IMG/VR virus record: IMGVR_UViG_3300047491_000255
Coordinates: 32,001-96,000 of that record
DNA length: 64,000 bases
Reading direction: 5' to 3' (one strand)
From: a virus
Lineage: Duplodnaviria; Caudoviricetes
Below, piece by piece: positions 10,581-20,466 of this stretch. Position numbers and translations under genes: made by a program. The notes beneath the pieces were generated by a model. That model saw nothing but the letters and a program-made list of their open reading frames with translations, made no database searches and had not been told where the DNA came from. Each line of letters starts with the position of its first letter. Positions within the stretch are counted from its first letter, which is position 1.

Positions 10581-11465
10581 TTATGGAGAATCTAGCTCAT
10601 AAACAGCATACTCCAATTGAACCGGAGTTGTCGAGTCCGAAGATTGAACGTCATCCGAACTGGTTTGCAACTCCAACTTCTTCAACCCAATACTTGTATC
10701 AGCAATTTGCACCGTCGCAGCAGCCACACTATCTCCCGGATAAGTAGCTGGTGCGTTGCTCGTAATCCACATCCACGCCACGCTTAATGAAACTGTCATC
10801 GGACCAACACCGACATATGCTGGTGCCTGTGGTCCAATTGTATAATTACACGCCTGAAACTTCACCACATCCTGTGAGAAATCCAAACTCCATGAAAGCA
10901 AGTCAAGTGCATCTGTACCAAACAAAACCTTTGAATTCCAGAAAGGAATTGGATTGCAATTATTTCCACTCGCATTCAACGGAGGTGGCATTCCCGTCGC
11001 TAATGGACACAACAACCCTTCTCCTGCTTCGTTTTCAGTATACCCCTGCATCCCCTGAGTCCCATAGGCATAAGTATCCTGATCAATCGCCACAAAACCT
11101 AATGAACCATCTAACAATCCACCTTCAGGTGCCGAAATCGAAATCGAATTCCAAAACGTATCAACATACTTCTGCTCATTATCCTTCCTCGTAGAGAACA
11201 GTATATCTTTTTGACCATCACGGTCATAAATCCAAGCCTTTAGAACGGCAAAGATGTCCTTGGTTATCTCGAAATTGATTGACCCATCGAATGTCGGCCA
11301 TCCATAAACTCTCGGCGCTCCTATTCCAATACTAGCTACAGGTGTTTTTTGCTGACCACCATAAGCTCCCTGAGAGTCTATCCGAGTGCGTGCCCTCGGA
11401 ACAGATGTTCCTGTCCCGAGAGCGTAAACACTACCAATCTTTACATATCCCTCGTAGCCTAGCAT
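10581..11465 (-). CDS. Tail tube-like protein (paralog 2)
   Basis: MLGYEGYVK start, NPIPFW and GPMTVS motifs shared with 11529..12635. Confidence 0.6.
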   Translation of the reverse strand: MLGYEGYVKIGSVYALGTGTSVPRARTRIDSQGAYGGQQKTPVASIGIGAPRVYGWPTFDGSINFEITKDIFAVLKAWIYDRDGQKDILFSTRKDNEQKYVDTFWNSISISAPEGGLLDGSLGFVAIDQDTYAYGTQGMQGYTENEAGEGLLCPLATGMPPPLNASGNNCNPIPFWNSKVLFGTDALDLLSWSLDFSQDVVKFQACNYTIGPQAPAYVGVGPMTVSLSVAWMWITSNAPATYPGDSVAAATVQIADTSIGLKKLELQTSSDDVQSSDSTTPVQLEYAVYELDSP

Positions 11466-11528
11466 CGATTCATCCCAACTTTTCGTAAGGGAACACCAAC
11501 CATCTTAACCCACTGATCTAATCACTGA

Positions 11529-12635
11529 TCAGGGAGGTGGCGGCAACGTACCAGCATAGTCAGAGATGATGCAAGGAGGCAAAGTTGTCGTAATACTACT
11601 GCAACGACCACCCATTCCCTTGAGCGCGAATGCACGATTCGTGATGTTCTCCGCACCCTGTATGCTGTAATCATCCGACTCGATAACCACCGCCGGAAGC
11701 TCGATATAGGTATTGACATTTTCAGTTCCATAATTGATCGCAACTTGGAACCACGTATTCTCTGCCCTGGCATATGGCGAAGTCAAAGTTCCAGTTCCTG
11801 CGGGACCAAGAATCGGATCGAACACGCCATTCGGATGATAGAGCGTCACATTTCCGCTAACAGCCATCGGACCCATCAACACTGCACGAGGTAGACGACT
11901 GCCAGAGCAGGTATACAGAATCTTCTCGTTGTTGGTAATATCAATACTCCAATCCACAGTCTCCGTTCCAGCTTGAGGCAACGTCACCGTTCCAAACGGA
12001 CCAGGATACGTTCCAACACCCAACTGGGCATTCGTCCGCCAGTATGGGATCGGATTAACGTTATTACCCGACGGATTCAACGGATTCGTCAACGCCAACA
12101 CCGAACAGTCCGAAGCAATCACGCCCTTGACCTGCTTAATGTAACTGAATGCTGAATAGTTCGTTCCACCTATAGGGTCTTTCTCCGTCCTGAAAATGGA
12201 CACGACACCGAGAGAACATGTCACAAACGAACCTTCTGATGTGGAGAAGTTCGCAGAACGGCACCACGCACCCTGCGTATCATAGTTCGTATTATAAGTG
12301 CCAGTTGTCAGGTACTTGTATACATGTGACCCGTCAGGACTGATTTCCAGTGATCGAGGATATGCTCTTGCCGTCACAATGAATTGATGCAAGAAGTTCC
12401 AGAACCCACCGGATGCACCCATCTGAAGCTCTAGATCGATATTGCCTTCATAACGAACGGCATTATCTGCATAGTGAGCTTCGGCTGCATTATACCAGCC
12501 AGCACCCCACACAGCCTGTGAGGTGATCGGCTCCAGAACAAGATTGACAGTTGCACTGGTTGCCAACACAACGATTGGGTCTGACGACGGACCAGTCCTG
12601 TAAAATTTTACAAATCCTTGATATCCCATACCCAT
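11529..12635 (-). CDS. Major tail tube-like protein (paralog 1)
   Basis: MGMGYQGFVK, NPIPYW, GPMAVSG motifs; strong AGGAGG RBS; beta-rich composition. Confidence 0.65.
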   Translation of the reverse strand: MGMGYQGFVKFYRTGPSSDPIVVLATSATVNLVLEPITSQAVWGAGWYNAAEAHYADNAVRYEGNIDLELQMGASGGFWNFLHQFIVTARAYPRSLEISPDGSHVYKYLTTGTYNTNYDTQGAWCRSANFSTSEGSFVTCSLGVVSIFRTEKDPIGGTNYSAFSYIKQVKGVIASDCSVLALTNPLNPSGNNVNPIPYWRTNAQLGVGTYPGPFGTVTLPQAGTETVDWSIDITNNEKILYTCSGSRLPRAVLMGPMAVSGNVTLYHPNGVFDPILGPAGTGTLTSPYARAENTWFQVAINYGTENVNTYIELPAVVIESDDYSIQGAENITNRAFALKGMGGRCSSITTTLPPCIISDYAGTLPPPP

Positions 12636-12737
12636 ATAGCTATCCTCCTTCTTCCCTCTTTAGTAAAAACTCTTTTCTTTCCAGCCTAACTCCTACCACT
12701 CTATACATAGATGAAAATATAAAAAATAAATGACAGT

Positions 12738-13535
12738 TTAAAGAGCAATCTGCCGCTCTTTAAGATTCACCACTTTTATATCATCTCCTACAGTCCCGGC
12801 AGAGCCTTCTGGATTGAAAATAGCTGCAGTAACGTCAAGAAACCGATCAGTCGTTGTTCCAATTGATATTTCTGCCCCTGGCAGTGAACCACCGGGTATC
12901 GTCACATCAATAGTCGTCAAATTATTGTTTTGGTCCTTCACAGACAGCCTCACGTCCAATTGTGCCTCACCCATTGTCGTCACAACCACCTTTAATTGAG
13001 TTGCTGCATAGAATGTCCCATTTGCCGGATTAGCCGCAGAACCAGTCCCATAATTCACACCGTCTGTGTATGTCAAGCCGGGTCCAGTTGTAACCTGCAA
13101 TCTTGCAAATTGATCCTCGCTTTCCGAAAAGACATTATTAGCCAACATATAGAACCCATGTGTTGCAAAAAATAACTTGGCGAAGTAATAGCTTACCCGC
13201 TGGTCCTTGGATGTGAGATACCCATCCCATCCACCCACCTGCAATGGCACTCCTGATCCATTATCACGACTAAAGTGGGCTTCCATTCCGCCTATAACGC
13301 CTGCGAGCCTCGTCCCATTCTTGACCATGAAATCAACCTGAAGATCATGGTCAACATCATAATAAACAGAGTTACAGGGAATTTCAACATCTGCATCTTC
13401 TGTTACGGAAACTAGGTCGAAGTAATACCCATTCCCTACAGCCTGAACAACAGCACAAGCATCCTGAAGCTGACCATATTGATAGGCAGCTCGATCTGCT
13501 ACTGCAATCAATGTCGCTGTATCCACCAATGCCAT
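12738..13535 (-). CDS. Putative virion structural protein
   Basis: 265-aa acidic ORF in structural operon. Confidence 0.55.
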   Translation of the reverse strand: MALVDTATLIAVADRAAYQYGQLQDACAVVQAVGNGYYFDLVSVTEDADVEIPCNSVYYDVDHDLQVDFMVKNGTRLAGVIGGMEAHFSRDNGSGVPLQVGGWDGYLTSKDQRVSYYFAKLFFATHGFYMLANNVFSESEDQFARLQVTTGPGLTYTDGVNYGTGSAANPANGTFYAATQLKVVVTTMGEAQLDVRLSVKDQNNNLTTIDVTIPGGSLPGAEISIGTTTDRFLDVTAAIFNPEGSAGTVGDDIKVVNLKERQIAL

Positions 13536-13856
13536 CTACAAACTCCTTAGATAGGCTTCTGAATTCCGCTTGATCTTATTCAAAAGCTCAATCGTATCCT
13601 CACACCAATCTTTGCCCTTTTCAGCCGCCTTCACGGTCAGAAAAACGGCCTCCCTCCAGTCCCGGTCGCTAATGTCTTTATCCATCATCGCCTCTTCAGA
13701 TTCCTTGATCTGCTGAATGGCTACCCGAACCATACCGAGTTTATCAGCAACAGCTTTCATATCCCTTATCGTTCCAACCTTAACGAACGCAGGACCTACT
13801 TTTCCAGTTCTATCGAACATAGGACCTAGCCTTCCTTGCAACAACTGCCAAGCCAT
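13536..13856 (-). CDS. Hypothetical protein
   Basis: 106-aa ORF abutting neighbours. Confidence 0.6.
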   Translation of the reverse strand: MAWQLLQGRLGPMFDRTGKVGPAFVKVGTIRDMKAVADKLGMVRVAIQQIKESEEAMMDKDISDRDWREAVFLTVKAAEKGKDWCEDTIELLNKIKRNSEAYLRSL

Positions 13857-14049
13857 CTCTGATTTGCTCTAAATCCGATAGGAAAACATCGATACCTTCA
13901 AACATCGACATCAACTCAATCTGTCCATCTTTAGGGTCTTCTCTGATGTCGAAAGCCACAACAGCAGCACGATTAGACTGATACGGAATCTCACCATCAG
14001 CCACGGCTTTATCCATCAACCCAGTTAGTATTTCTCCGTTCGTCTTCAT
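13810..14049 (-). CDS. Hypothetical protein
   Basis: 79-aa ORF overlapping next gene. Confidence 0.5.
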   Translation of the reverse strand: MKTNGEILTGLMDKAVADGEIPYQSNRAAVVAFDIREDPKDGQIELMSMFEGIDVFLSDLEQIRDGLAVVARKARSYVR

Positions 14050-14099
14050 AGGGATAGTCTCTCTTCCAAACTCCTATCTATAGGTCAAATATCAAATAA

Positions 14100-14651
14100 T
14101 TATGAAGAAAGCACTATCGGTCTTATCACAGTTGGCGTGCTAGAACTATTGACTCTCCATTTTGCTTCTGGATAAGGCTCATGAATCACCGCAAACCAGT
14201 CGAACTCCGCTTTTCTGATAGAACCCTGTTTGTCAGCCGAATAATTCGCACTGTCTACCAAACTATCCAAGATGAAAGTCTGGCACAACCCACCTGTCAA
14301 ATCCCATTTTGTTTCATTCACAACAGGCAATTGAAGATTTTCAGGACTTGTCATAATTTCGACAATTGCTGATCCCAAGGTGCAGATATACTCAACTCCA
14401 AATTGTTCCTTATCAATCTTCGCACTCAGAGTGCATCTAAACTGATACCTTGGCCTCTGCGACCTCGTAGTAGCCCATTGGTTAGGCACATCCCCCGGTT
14501 CTATCTCCAATACCGGGTAGGCATCGGCAGGTATGACCCTGCGCATCCCCGGCAGCACCATGAGCTTCCTACTACTGCCCTGATAATACTGAACTACCCG
14601 ATTGATCTGTAAAGAATTTCGATCTAACAGATTGATCAGCGTGGTAATCAA
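14100..14651 (-). CDS. Tail terminator/completion-like protein
   Basis: About 185 aa, YPVLEIEP motif, upstream of tail tube genes; true start may be an ATC at 14672. Confidence 0.5.
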   Translation of the reverse strand: MITTLINLLDRNSLQINRVVQYYQGSSRKLMVLPGMRRVIPADAYPVLEIEPGDVPNQWATTRSQRPRYQFRCTLSAKIDKEQFGVEYICTLGSAIVEIMTSPENLQLPVVNETKWDLTGGLCQTFILDSLVDSANYSADKQGSIRKAEFDWFAVIHEPYPEAKWRVNSSSTPTVIRPIVLSS

Positions 14652-14704
14652 ATTTGAAGGGTTCGTATAGATAATACACCTCTTAAATCTCTAAAGATTT
14701 TTCT

Positions 14705-15028
14705 TCAGTTTTTTACAGTCACCTTGACATCGACACCAGACCTTTTACCGAGTTTTTTAAGCATCGTTGCCATACCATCAATGATACCCTTCATGGACTC
14801 GTGATCCGTAAAACCAACGGTTATCTCCATCACCTTGCCATCATCCCTACGAGTGACAAAGCACTCCAAATCCTCGTTCTTTCTCAGTGTTCCGACGAAT
14901 CTCTGAATATCCATCTGAATGCTGGACAAATCCCGATCCTCGATCTTCGGCGTCCTAGTGAATGTAGCCGTAATTCGAGGAAGAAGTTCCGAAGCAAGAA
15001 ATATCAATTCAGAGGCTATCCTATTCAT
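14705..15028 (-). CDS. Hypothetical protein with shared N-terminal helix
   Basis: Begins MNRIASELIFLASELL; RBS GAGGG. Confidence 0.7.
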   Translation of the reverse strand: MNRIASELIFLASELLPRITATFTRTPKIEDRDLSSIQMDIQRFVGTLRKNEDLECFVTRRDDGKVMEITVGFTDHESMKGIIDGMATMLKKLGKRSGVDVKVTVKN

Positions 15029-15035
15029 ATAACCC

Positions 15036-15815
15036 TCACGAAGGTCTCTCAGGGAATGCAGACGGTTGTAAGTTAGCAGGCATTGTTCGACTCAAATTGC
15101 TCTTACGACGCTGCCCAGGAATACGATGATTCGGACGACTCATTGCATATACCTGCATTCTGGCATCTGATACCATCTGTGTAGCCTGCTCCGTAATATT
15201 AGATTCAAGTTGTTGGAACTCATTAATCAATAGCTGTCCAGCAGTCCAATACCTAGCTGCCCTACGAACATCACCTGGAAACACCTTGATTGTCACTCCA
15301 GTAACAACGGTCTGAGTACTTGCTTCCCTTGAAGCCACATACGAAAGAAAGTATCCGGCATCAGCCTCAGCAGATAAATTCGCAGTAAATCCATCTGTCG
15401 TAATCGAACTATTGTCGACTGTCGCATAGAGATTGAAAATTCCAGTATCTTTCACAACTGAAACGACAATAGATGTTGGAATACTAATCCATGCCTTTCC
15501 AGAAACAGTAACTGATGATTCTCCTGCCAGAATAGCTACTGATCCAGTATTCATCCATCCAGGAACTGATGTTGTTCCAGAGCCACTTCCTCCTTGAATC
15601 ACCTGATTATACGCCCTTATTGGTACGGCGTAAACATCGGAGAGTAACGCATCTATGTCCCTGTCGACCATCTCTTGATATCGACTCACCATCGATTGAG
15701 TGACCTGAGCCATCTTACCTTCGCCAATGTTCAGAACCCTGAGAACATCCTGAATGTCCTGCCAAGTTCCAGAGTAATACTCCTCATTTGTAGTTAGAGA
15801 TATTGATTCACTCAT
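15036..15815 (-). CDS. Head-tail adaptor-like protein with inserted beta domain
   Basis: Helical N/C parts (YSGTWQDI, DIDALLSDVYAVP, P.DVRRAA) resembling connector proteins, split by a Gly/Ser linker and a beta-rich domain. Confidence 0.5.
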   Translation of the reverse strand: MSESISLTTNEEYYSGTWQDIQDVLRVLNIGEGKMAQVTQSMVSRYQEMVDRDIDALLSDVYAVPIRAYNQVIQGGSGSGTTSVPGWMNTGSVAILAGESSVTVSGKAWISIPTSIVVSVVKDTGIFNLYATVDNSSITTDGFTANLSAEADAGYFLSYVASREASTQTVVTGVTIKVFPGDVRRAARYWTAGQLLINEFQQLESNITEQATQMVSDARMQVYAMSRPNHRIPGQRRKSNLSRTMPANLQPSAFPERPS

Positions 15816-16279
15816 TGATTAGTCCTTTCTAACAATACATCCCAGACAGGAGATAGTGCAACACGATACGTTAATAATTTTACTTGTATCTCAATTGGTT
15901 GTTCTGACACTAACCCCATCGCCGTAGACCAATCAGAAGGCACTGGTCCAATATTAAGACTTGCCCATAAAGCAGAGAATTTGGAAATCATATCGGCATA
16001 TGGAATAAGCGGATCGGCCTCCACCATGGGCGCGGCAGGAACCGGGCGCGGCACGATGAGCGCGTCCGTGATCGGGTCAACGGTCGGCTGGTCAACGTCG
16101 CCCTCGATGAGGTACTCGTACCATCCCTCGGCCTGCCGCTCCGCCACCGGTTGCCTCGCCATGAATGCGGAGAAGTTCCCGCGCACCAACCCACCATACT
16201 CGCATTGATTCTCCGGTATGCTGGCCGAGTCCGTGATTGTCCCGTCTGCGTTCAGTCTGTACATTATTGAGTCCTCCAT
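15812..16279 (-). CDS. Fibre-associated/chaperone-like hypothetical protein
   Basis: 155 aa directly after fibre-like genes; ERQAEGWY motif. Confidence 0.55.
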   Translation of the reverse strand: MEDSIMYRLNADGTITDSASIPENQCEYGGLVRGNFSAFMARQPVAERQAEGWYEYLIEGDVDQPTVDPITDALIVPRPVPAAPMVEADPLIPYADMISKFSALWASLNIGPVPSDWSTAMGLVSEQPIEIQVKLLTYRVALSPVWDVLLERTNQ

Positions 16280-17326
16280 TTACTTCCAGTTCGCACTCAT
16301 CGTGGCGTATCCCGGCACGTTCGTTGATGAGGCAAACGTATTGATATCATTCGTTGGCGTCAGCACAGTATGGATCACATTCGTGCCCCAAAAAACCTGA
16401 CCGCCCCACAGTGGCATGTTTCTCCATGCACTGTCCAACGATCCAACGATGTTTCCGCCAGTCATTGAGATGTTCGTGGGAATCTGGAAATCTCCTGACG
16501 TTATTTTTGCCATTCCGTTGCAGGCGTAGTAGTACGCACCCACCGCTAGCGGTCCGGTCATATTGATGGCGCTCAAAAATCCGTCAGGCAGTGGGCCGGT
16601 CACGTTGGACATATTGTTGCAGGCGTTGTTAAACATGTTCGCCGCTGTCGGCCCGGTTAGCCTCGACGTGTCCATAAATCCGGCGGGCAGTGGGCCTGTC
16701 ACGTTTACCATGCCGTAGCAGGTGTAAGCTAACATGCCTGACCCTGGTGGCCCGGTTAGTGCCGAAGTATCCATGAATCCGTCAGGCAGTGGCCCGACCA
16801 AGCCAGACATGTTGATGAAGGATGCTAAAAACATACCTGCCGTCGGCGTTCCGGTAATTTTCCGAAACGGATTTGTCCGCATAGCAGTAACCCGCGGGTT
16901 GCTGGAAAAAATCGCTCTGTACGCATTCACCGCCGTAGCCGCGTAGTCGAGAGTCCCCGAAAACTCGCATGTGTAGGTCGGACTCGTGAGCGAGGTGTGG
17001 AACATGTTTTGATATGCACCGCTTGCATTTCTCCAGTCGCCACGGAACTTGATGTAACGCCCGCGCATCGTAATCGTGTTGCTCGTGTACGCCGTCCACA
17101 CGCCATTGCCCGCGTCGTATAGAGCCTGCGACGGTGTGGCCGGTCCCGCGTATGCCTCGCCGACGCCCAGCGAGAGCGTCGTTGGCGGAGTACCGGAAAC
17201 AAAGGTGATTGTGAAATGGGTGTCGCCACCCAGCTTCCCAAGCGGGTCAATCCTGCTCGGGATCCCCGCCCAGACCGCCGCCGCCGCCAGCGACATCGCG
17301 CAAAGTGTCAGTGTGAGTGTTCTCAT
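16280..17326 (-). CDS. Repeat-containing adhesin-like protein with signal-peptide-like N-terminus
   Basis: Start re-set to MRTLTLTLCAMSLAAAAVWA; three to four repeats of M.NVTGPLP.GF.DTS.LTGP (LRR-like solenoid). Confidence 0.7.
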   Translation of the reverse strand: MRTLTLTLCAMSLAAAAVWAGIPSRIDPLGKLGGDTHFTITFVSGTPPTTLSLGVGEAYAGPATPSQALYDAGNGVWTAYTSNTITMRGRYIKFRGDWRNASGAYQNMFHTSLTSPTYTCEFSGTLDYAATAVNAYRAIFSSNPRVTAMRTNPFRKITGTPTAGMFLASFINMSGLVGPLPDGFMDTSALTGPPGSGMLAYTCYGMVNVTGPLPAGFMDTSRLTGPTAANMFNNACNNMSNVTGPLPDGFLSAINMTGPLAVGAYYYACNGMAKITSGDFQIPTNISMTGGNIVGSLDSAWRNMPLWGGQVFWGTNVIHTVLTPTNDINTFASSTNVPGYATMSANWK

Positions 17327-17327
17327 G

Positions 17328-19733
17328 TTAGAACGAGTCCCATTGATTGCAGATGATGTTCGTCTTGCCCAAGCTGCAGATGTATGCCTGCCAATTCGCC
17401 CGCAGCAGTTGGTTAGAGCGCGTCGTCGAGACCGTCGGCGTGGACAAGTAACGCAACGTCGCATTCGTCGCCGGGTACGCGAAACTCACGTTCGTATGAG
17501 CGACCGTAATCATGGTTGACCAATCCGCTACCTGCGTGCCGATGTTGAGCCCGGACAGGTCGAAGGCCAGCACGCTGGTCAAATTGGTCACGGTCAGCCG
17601 ATAGATTCTGTTGGTCGGCACAACCGCAATCGTGTTCGTGATCCCCGCCGCCGTCGCCTGCGTGATCGTCGGCGTGTACACGCGCTCGGTCGTCGGCATG
17701 GATTCCGCCGCGCTCGCAAGCCATGCCGCAAATATCGGATCGCTCTCCCCGCTACCGCTCGCCCCGCCGCCCGCCGTCCCCAACGGCTGCCCGCGCCGGT
17801 CATAAATCCAGTACGTCCGGCCGGCCGCATCACTCCGCACCACGATGCGGGCAATGCGGATTGTCATCCCTTGCATGTAAACCGGTACGCCTGTGTTATC
17901 GTAACTGCTGGCGTCCGCGATACAGTTGGCCAGCCGAGTCGAAGCAGGACCAGCCGTGTAACTCGCGCTCGAAAGATTGAGCATCAGGCGCGTCGATTTC
18001 GGCGTGATTCCGCTCTCCACAAAGGCAAACACATTGATCGCGTGACAATCCCCGACCGACCCGAACATCGCCGCGCCGCTCGGCAGTGCCGTCAGAGCGT
18101 TCAGATTCGTGATTGCCCGGAACCCCGACGCCGAGTTGAGCACCCACATCATTGTCCGATTCGTGTTGGCTGGAATCGTGTGGCTGTGCATTTGCCAACC
18201 CACGCCATCGGTCGTCGTGAGGTAAGCGTCCGTCACGCTGGAGTTGGTCGTCGAGACAGAAGCCTGGACGCCGCTCTCCCATATCGCCGGAAGCCGTCGC
18301 ACCCGCTCCCCGATCCACGACACGCGCCCCAGCCCGCGCCGGTTCTCCACATTCTCCGTCCAGCTCCTAATCGCGTAGCCATTGCCAGCCACGATGCTGT
18401 TGGTGTCCATCAGGAAAATCTCGAACATCATTGCGCGCGCATCCGCCGCCGTGCCGCTGGTCAAGTACGGATAGCTCGTGTAATTCGTAATCGTCCCGTT
18501 CGGCAAGGCGCACACATAGTTGAGCGCAGGAGTGTTCGTAGTCCCCGCCGTCAGCCGCACCACCACGCTGGTGCCGTACTGCACAATTGATTGACCGAAC
18601 CAGTATTCAATCTGGCCGGCTGGCGACGGCGTAACGGTCGCATACGGGCCTGTTGCATCAACCGCCAGCGACAAGACCGGATCGCGCACAGACAGCCCGT
18701 TGACCAAACCGAGGAAGTTGTTGGTGGACACCTTGCCCGCCAGCGCGTCGGCCAGCCCGGTCACGCCAGCAATAGGCACGTTGGACACTCCTGCGCCTCC
18801 CCCGATAAATTGGTTGGCGTAGACAGGCAACCGCACAACCGGTCTGCCGTTCCACGTCGCACCCCATCCAGTGGCGGTCGGGTTGGTGACGTAGTTGGTA
18901 ATGCTGGGATTAGCTAAATCGAAAACATTAAGTGCTTCTGTTGGTGCGTTCCCTGAGAAGTACATTGATCCCATGTCCTGGCACTGATAGAACGCATACG
19001 TCCCAACCGAAGTGACATTAGGCATAGGGTCAAATCTTACATCCCCGCAATAGCCAAACGCATAGCCTCCAATGGTCGTGACGTTAGGGAATTTTGCATC
19101 CGCCAGCTTTATGCAGCTTTGAAATGCTTGGTCTCCAATTGTCGTAACATTGGGGAGCGCAATCCACAATAACTCAGAACACCAAGTAAATGCTCTGAAT
19201 GAGATTGACCTGATATTCCCACCACCAGTTACACGCGTGATTACAGCGTTGAGTTCAAATATATTCCCGAACCCAGTCACCGGCAACCCATCCAACATAT
19301 CAGGAATCACCACCTCATTCGGACCGGTATATCCTGTCAGCGTCACTTCCGTATCTGTCTTGGTCCACGTCCAGTTGGTTGCGCTTGATGGATTCTGCCA
19401 TGCGGTCGCAACCTTGCTCGTCTCTGCCGCCGAAACGTGCAGCGTCCCCGCGCCTTCTATGCCAGACAGCGAGCCGTGCGGGATTCCGTTCGTCGCGGCG
19501 TTAATCGCAGAGGTTATCCAGCTAGGGATTGGATTGGTAGCCTCAATCACATAATTTGTCGAGGCAAGACCATTGGTAATTGATTGAGTTACCTCAAAAT
19601 GATTAGAGACGGTTCCAATCAACACTTTTCGAGCCAATACGGTTCCAAAACTGTTCGTCACATCAGCGGCCAATACAGGCCACACAAAAGCCAATACTGA
19701 GGTTATGACCAATGCTTTAAATGAGAATCTCAT
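17328..19733 (-). CDS. Fibre/adhesin-like protein with BspA-type leucine-rich repeats
   Basis: Start MRFSFKALVITSVLAFVWPVLAA (ATGA overlap with upstream gene); repeats LPNVTTIGDQAF, FPNVTTIGGYAF, MPNVTSVGTYAF. Confidence 0.8.
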   Translation of the reverse strand: MRFSFKALVITSVLAFVWPVLAADVTNSFGTVLARKVLIGTVSNHFEVTQSITNGLASTNYVIEATNPIPSWITSAINAATNGIPHGSLSGIEGAGTLHVSAAETSKVATAWQNPSSATNWTWTKTDTEVTLTGYTGPNEVVIPDMLDGLPVTGFGNIFELNAVITRVTGGGNIRSISFRAFTWCSELLWIALPNVTTIGDQAFQSCIKLADAKFPNVTTIGGYAFGYCGDVRFDPMPNVTSVGTYAFYQCQDMGSMYFSGNAPTEALNVFDLANPSITNYVTNPTATGWGATWNGRPVVRLPVYANQFIGGGAGVSNVPIAGVTGLADALAGKVSTNNFLGLVNGLSVRDPVLSLAVDATGPYATVTPSPAGQIEYWFGQSIVQYGTSVVVRLTAGTTNTPALNYVCALPNGTITNYTSYPYLTSGTAADARAMMFEIFLMDTNSIVAGNGYAIRSWTENVENRRGLGRVSWIGERVRRLPAIWESGVQASVSTTNSSVTDAYLTTTDGVGWQMHSHTIPANTNRTMMWVLNSASGFRAITNLNALTALPSGAAMFGSVGDCHAINVFAFVESGITPKSTRLMLNLSSASYTAGPASTRLANCIADASSYDNTGVPVYMQGMTIRIARIVVRSDAAGRTYWIYDRRGQPLGTAGGGASGSGESDPIFAAWLASAAESMPTTERVYTPTITQATAAGITNTIAVVPTNRIYRLTVTNLTSVLAFDLSGLNIGTQVADWSTMITVAHTNVSFAYPATNATLRYLSTPTVSTTRSNQLLRANWQAYICSLGKTNIICNQWDSF

Positions 19734-20020
19734 AGCCTTCCTCTCATCCTTCGAGCCGACTTGATCCCAAGCACACCGTCTGCAATCTTCTCCACTTGCA
19801 CGTCCTGTATCTTCCCTCTTATCCTGCGAAATACATCTAGACGATCTTCTGATCCACAACGCACGACTACATCATAGCCTCCTCCAAGAGGATGATGTAT
19901 CCCATCAGATACGATAAAACCATCACGCATCACCGTGGCAACCTCACGGCGAATCTCTTGAATCAAAGCAGCCGACATCATCAGATTGCCGATCTCCTCT
20001 ACCTCTCTTCCAAAATCCAT
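19730..20020 (-). CDS. Hypothetical protein
   Basis: 96-aa ORF coupled to next gene. Confidence 0.65.
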   Translation of the reverse strand: MDFGREVEEIGNLMMSAALIQEIRREVATVMRDGFIVSDGIHHPLGGGYDVVVRCGSEDRLDVFRRIRGKIQDVQVEKIADGVLGIKSARRMRGRL

Positions 20021-20029
20021 TTGATTTCC

Positions 20030-20422
20030 TTACCTGTCGTATATGATATAAAACAACTTCACATTTCCAGTATTAGCCCGCCCATAAATTGTCGTAGCTC
20101 CAAGAAACATAGGACCACTTTGCTGTCCTCCAAGCAACTTCAAGAACGGATAAAATGTTCCAGAAACTTGTATTCCAATCTCACAGAAGTTACCGCCTAC
20201 GACAGCCTCAAGATTTGAAAATATCGCCATTCCAGGAACTGTCACACCACCAATATCTAGTAAATCTCCTTGTGCAGAAGCAGATAAAAGAGTTTGTGTT
20301 TTTCTAACCATATTCGCATTCGTCTGATCTGCCGTCAAACCAGAAGAAACAGAATAGTTATCAGAAAGAAAGCCATTCGACAAAGACGTTGATAAACTAT
20401 ATCGAATCGCATTAGTTGCCAT
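20030..20422 (-). CDS. Putative virion structural protein
   Basis: 130 aa beta-rich; GAGGTG RBS. Confidence 0.65.
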   Translation of the reverse strand: MATNAIRYSLSTSLSNGFLSDNYSVSSGLTADQTNANMVRKTQTLLSASAQGDLLDIGGVTVPGMAIFSNLEAVVGGNFCEIGIQVSGTFYPFLKLLGGQQSGPMFLGATTIYGRANTGNVKLFYIIYDR

Positions 20423-20466
20423 ATCTCACCTCACATCTGTCACAATACAAGTCGCCATAAATCACT

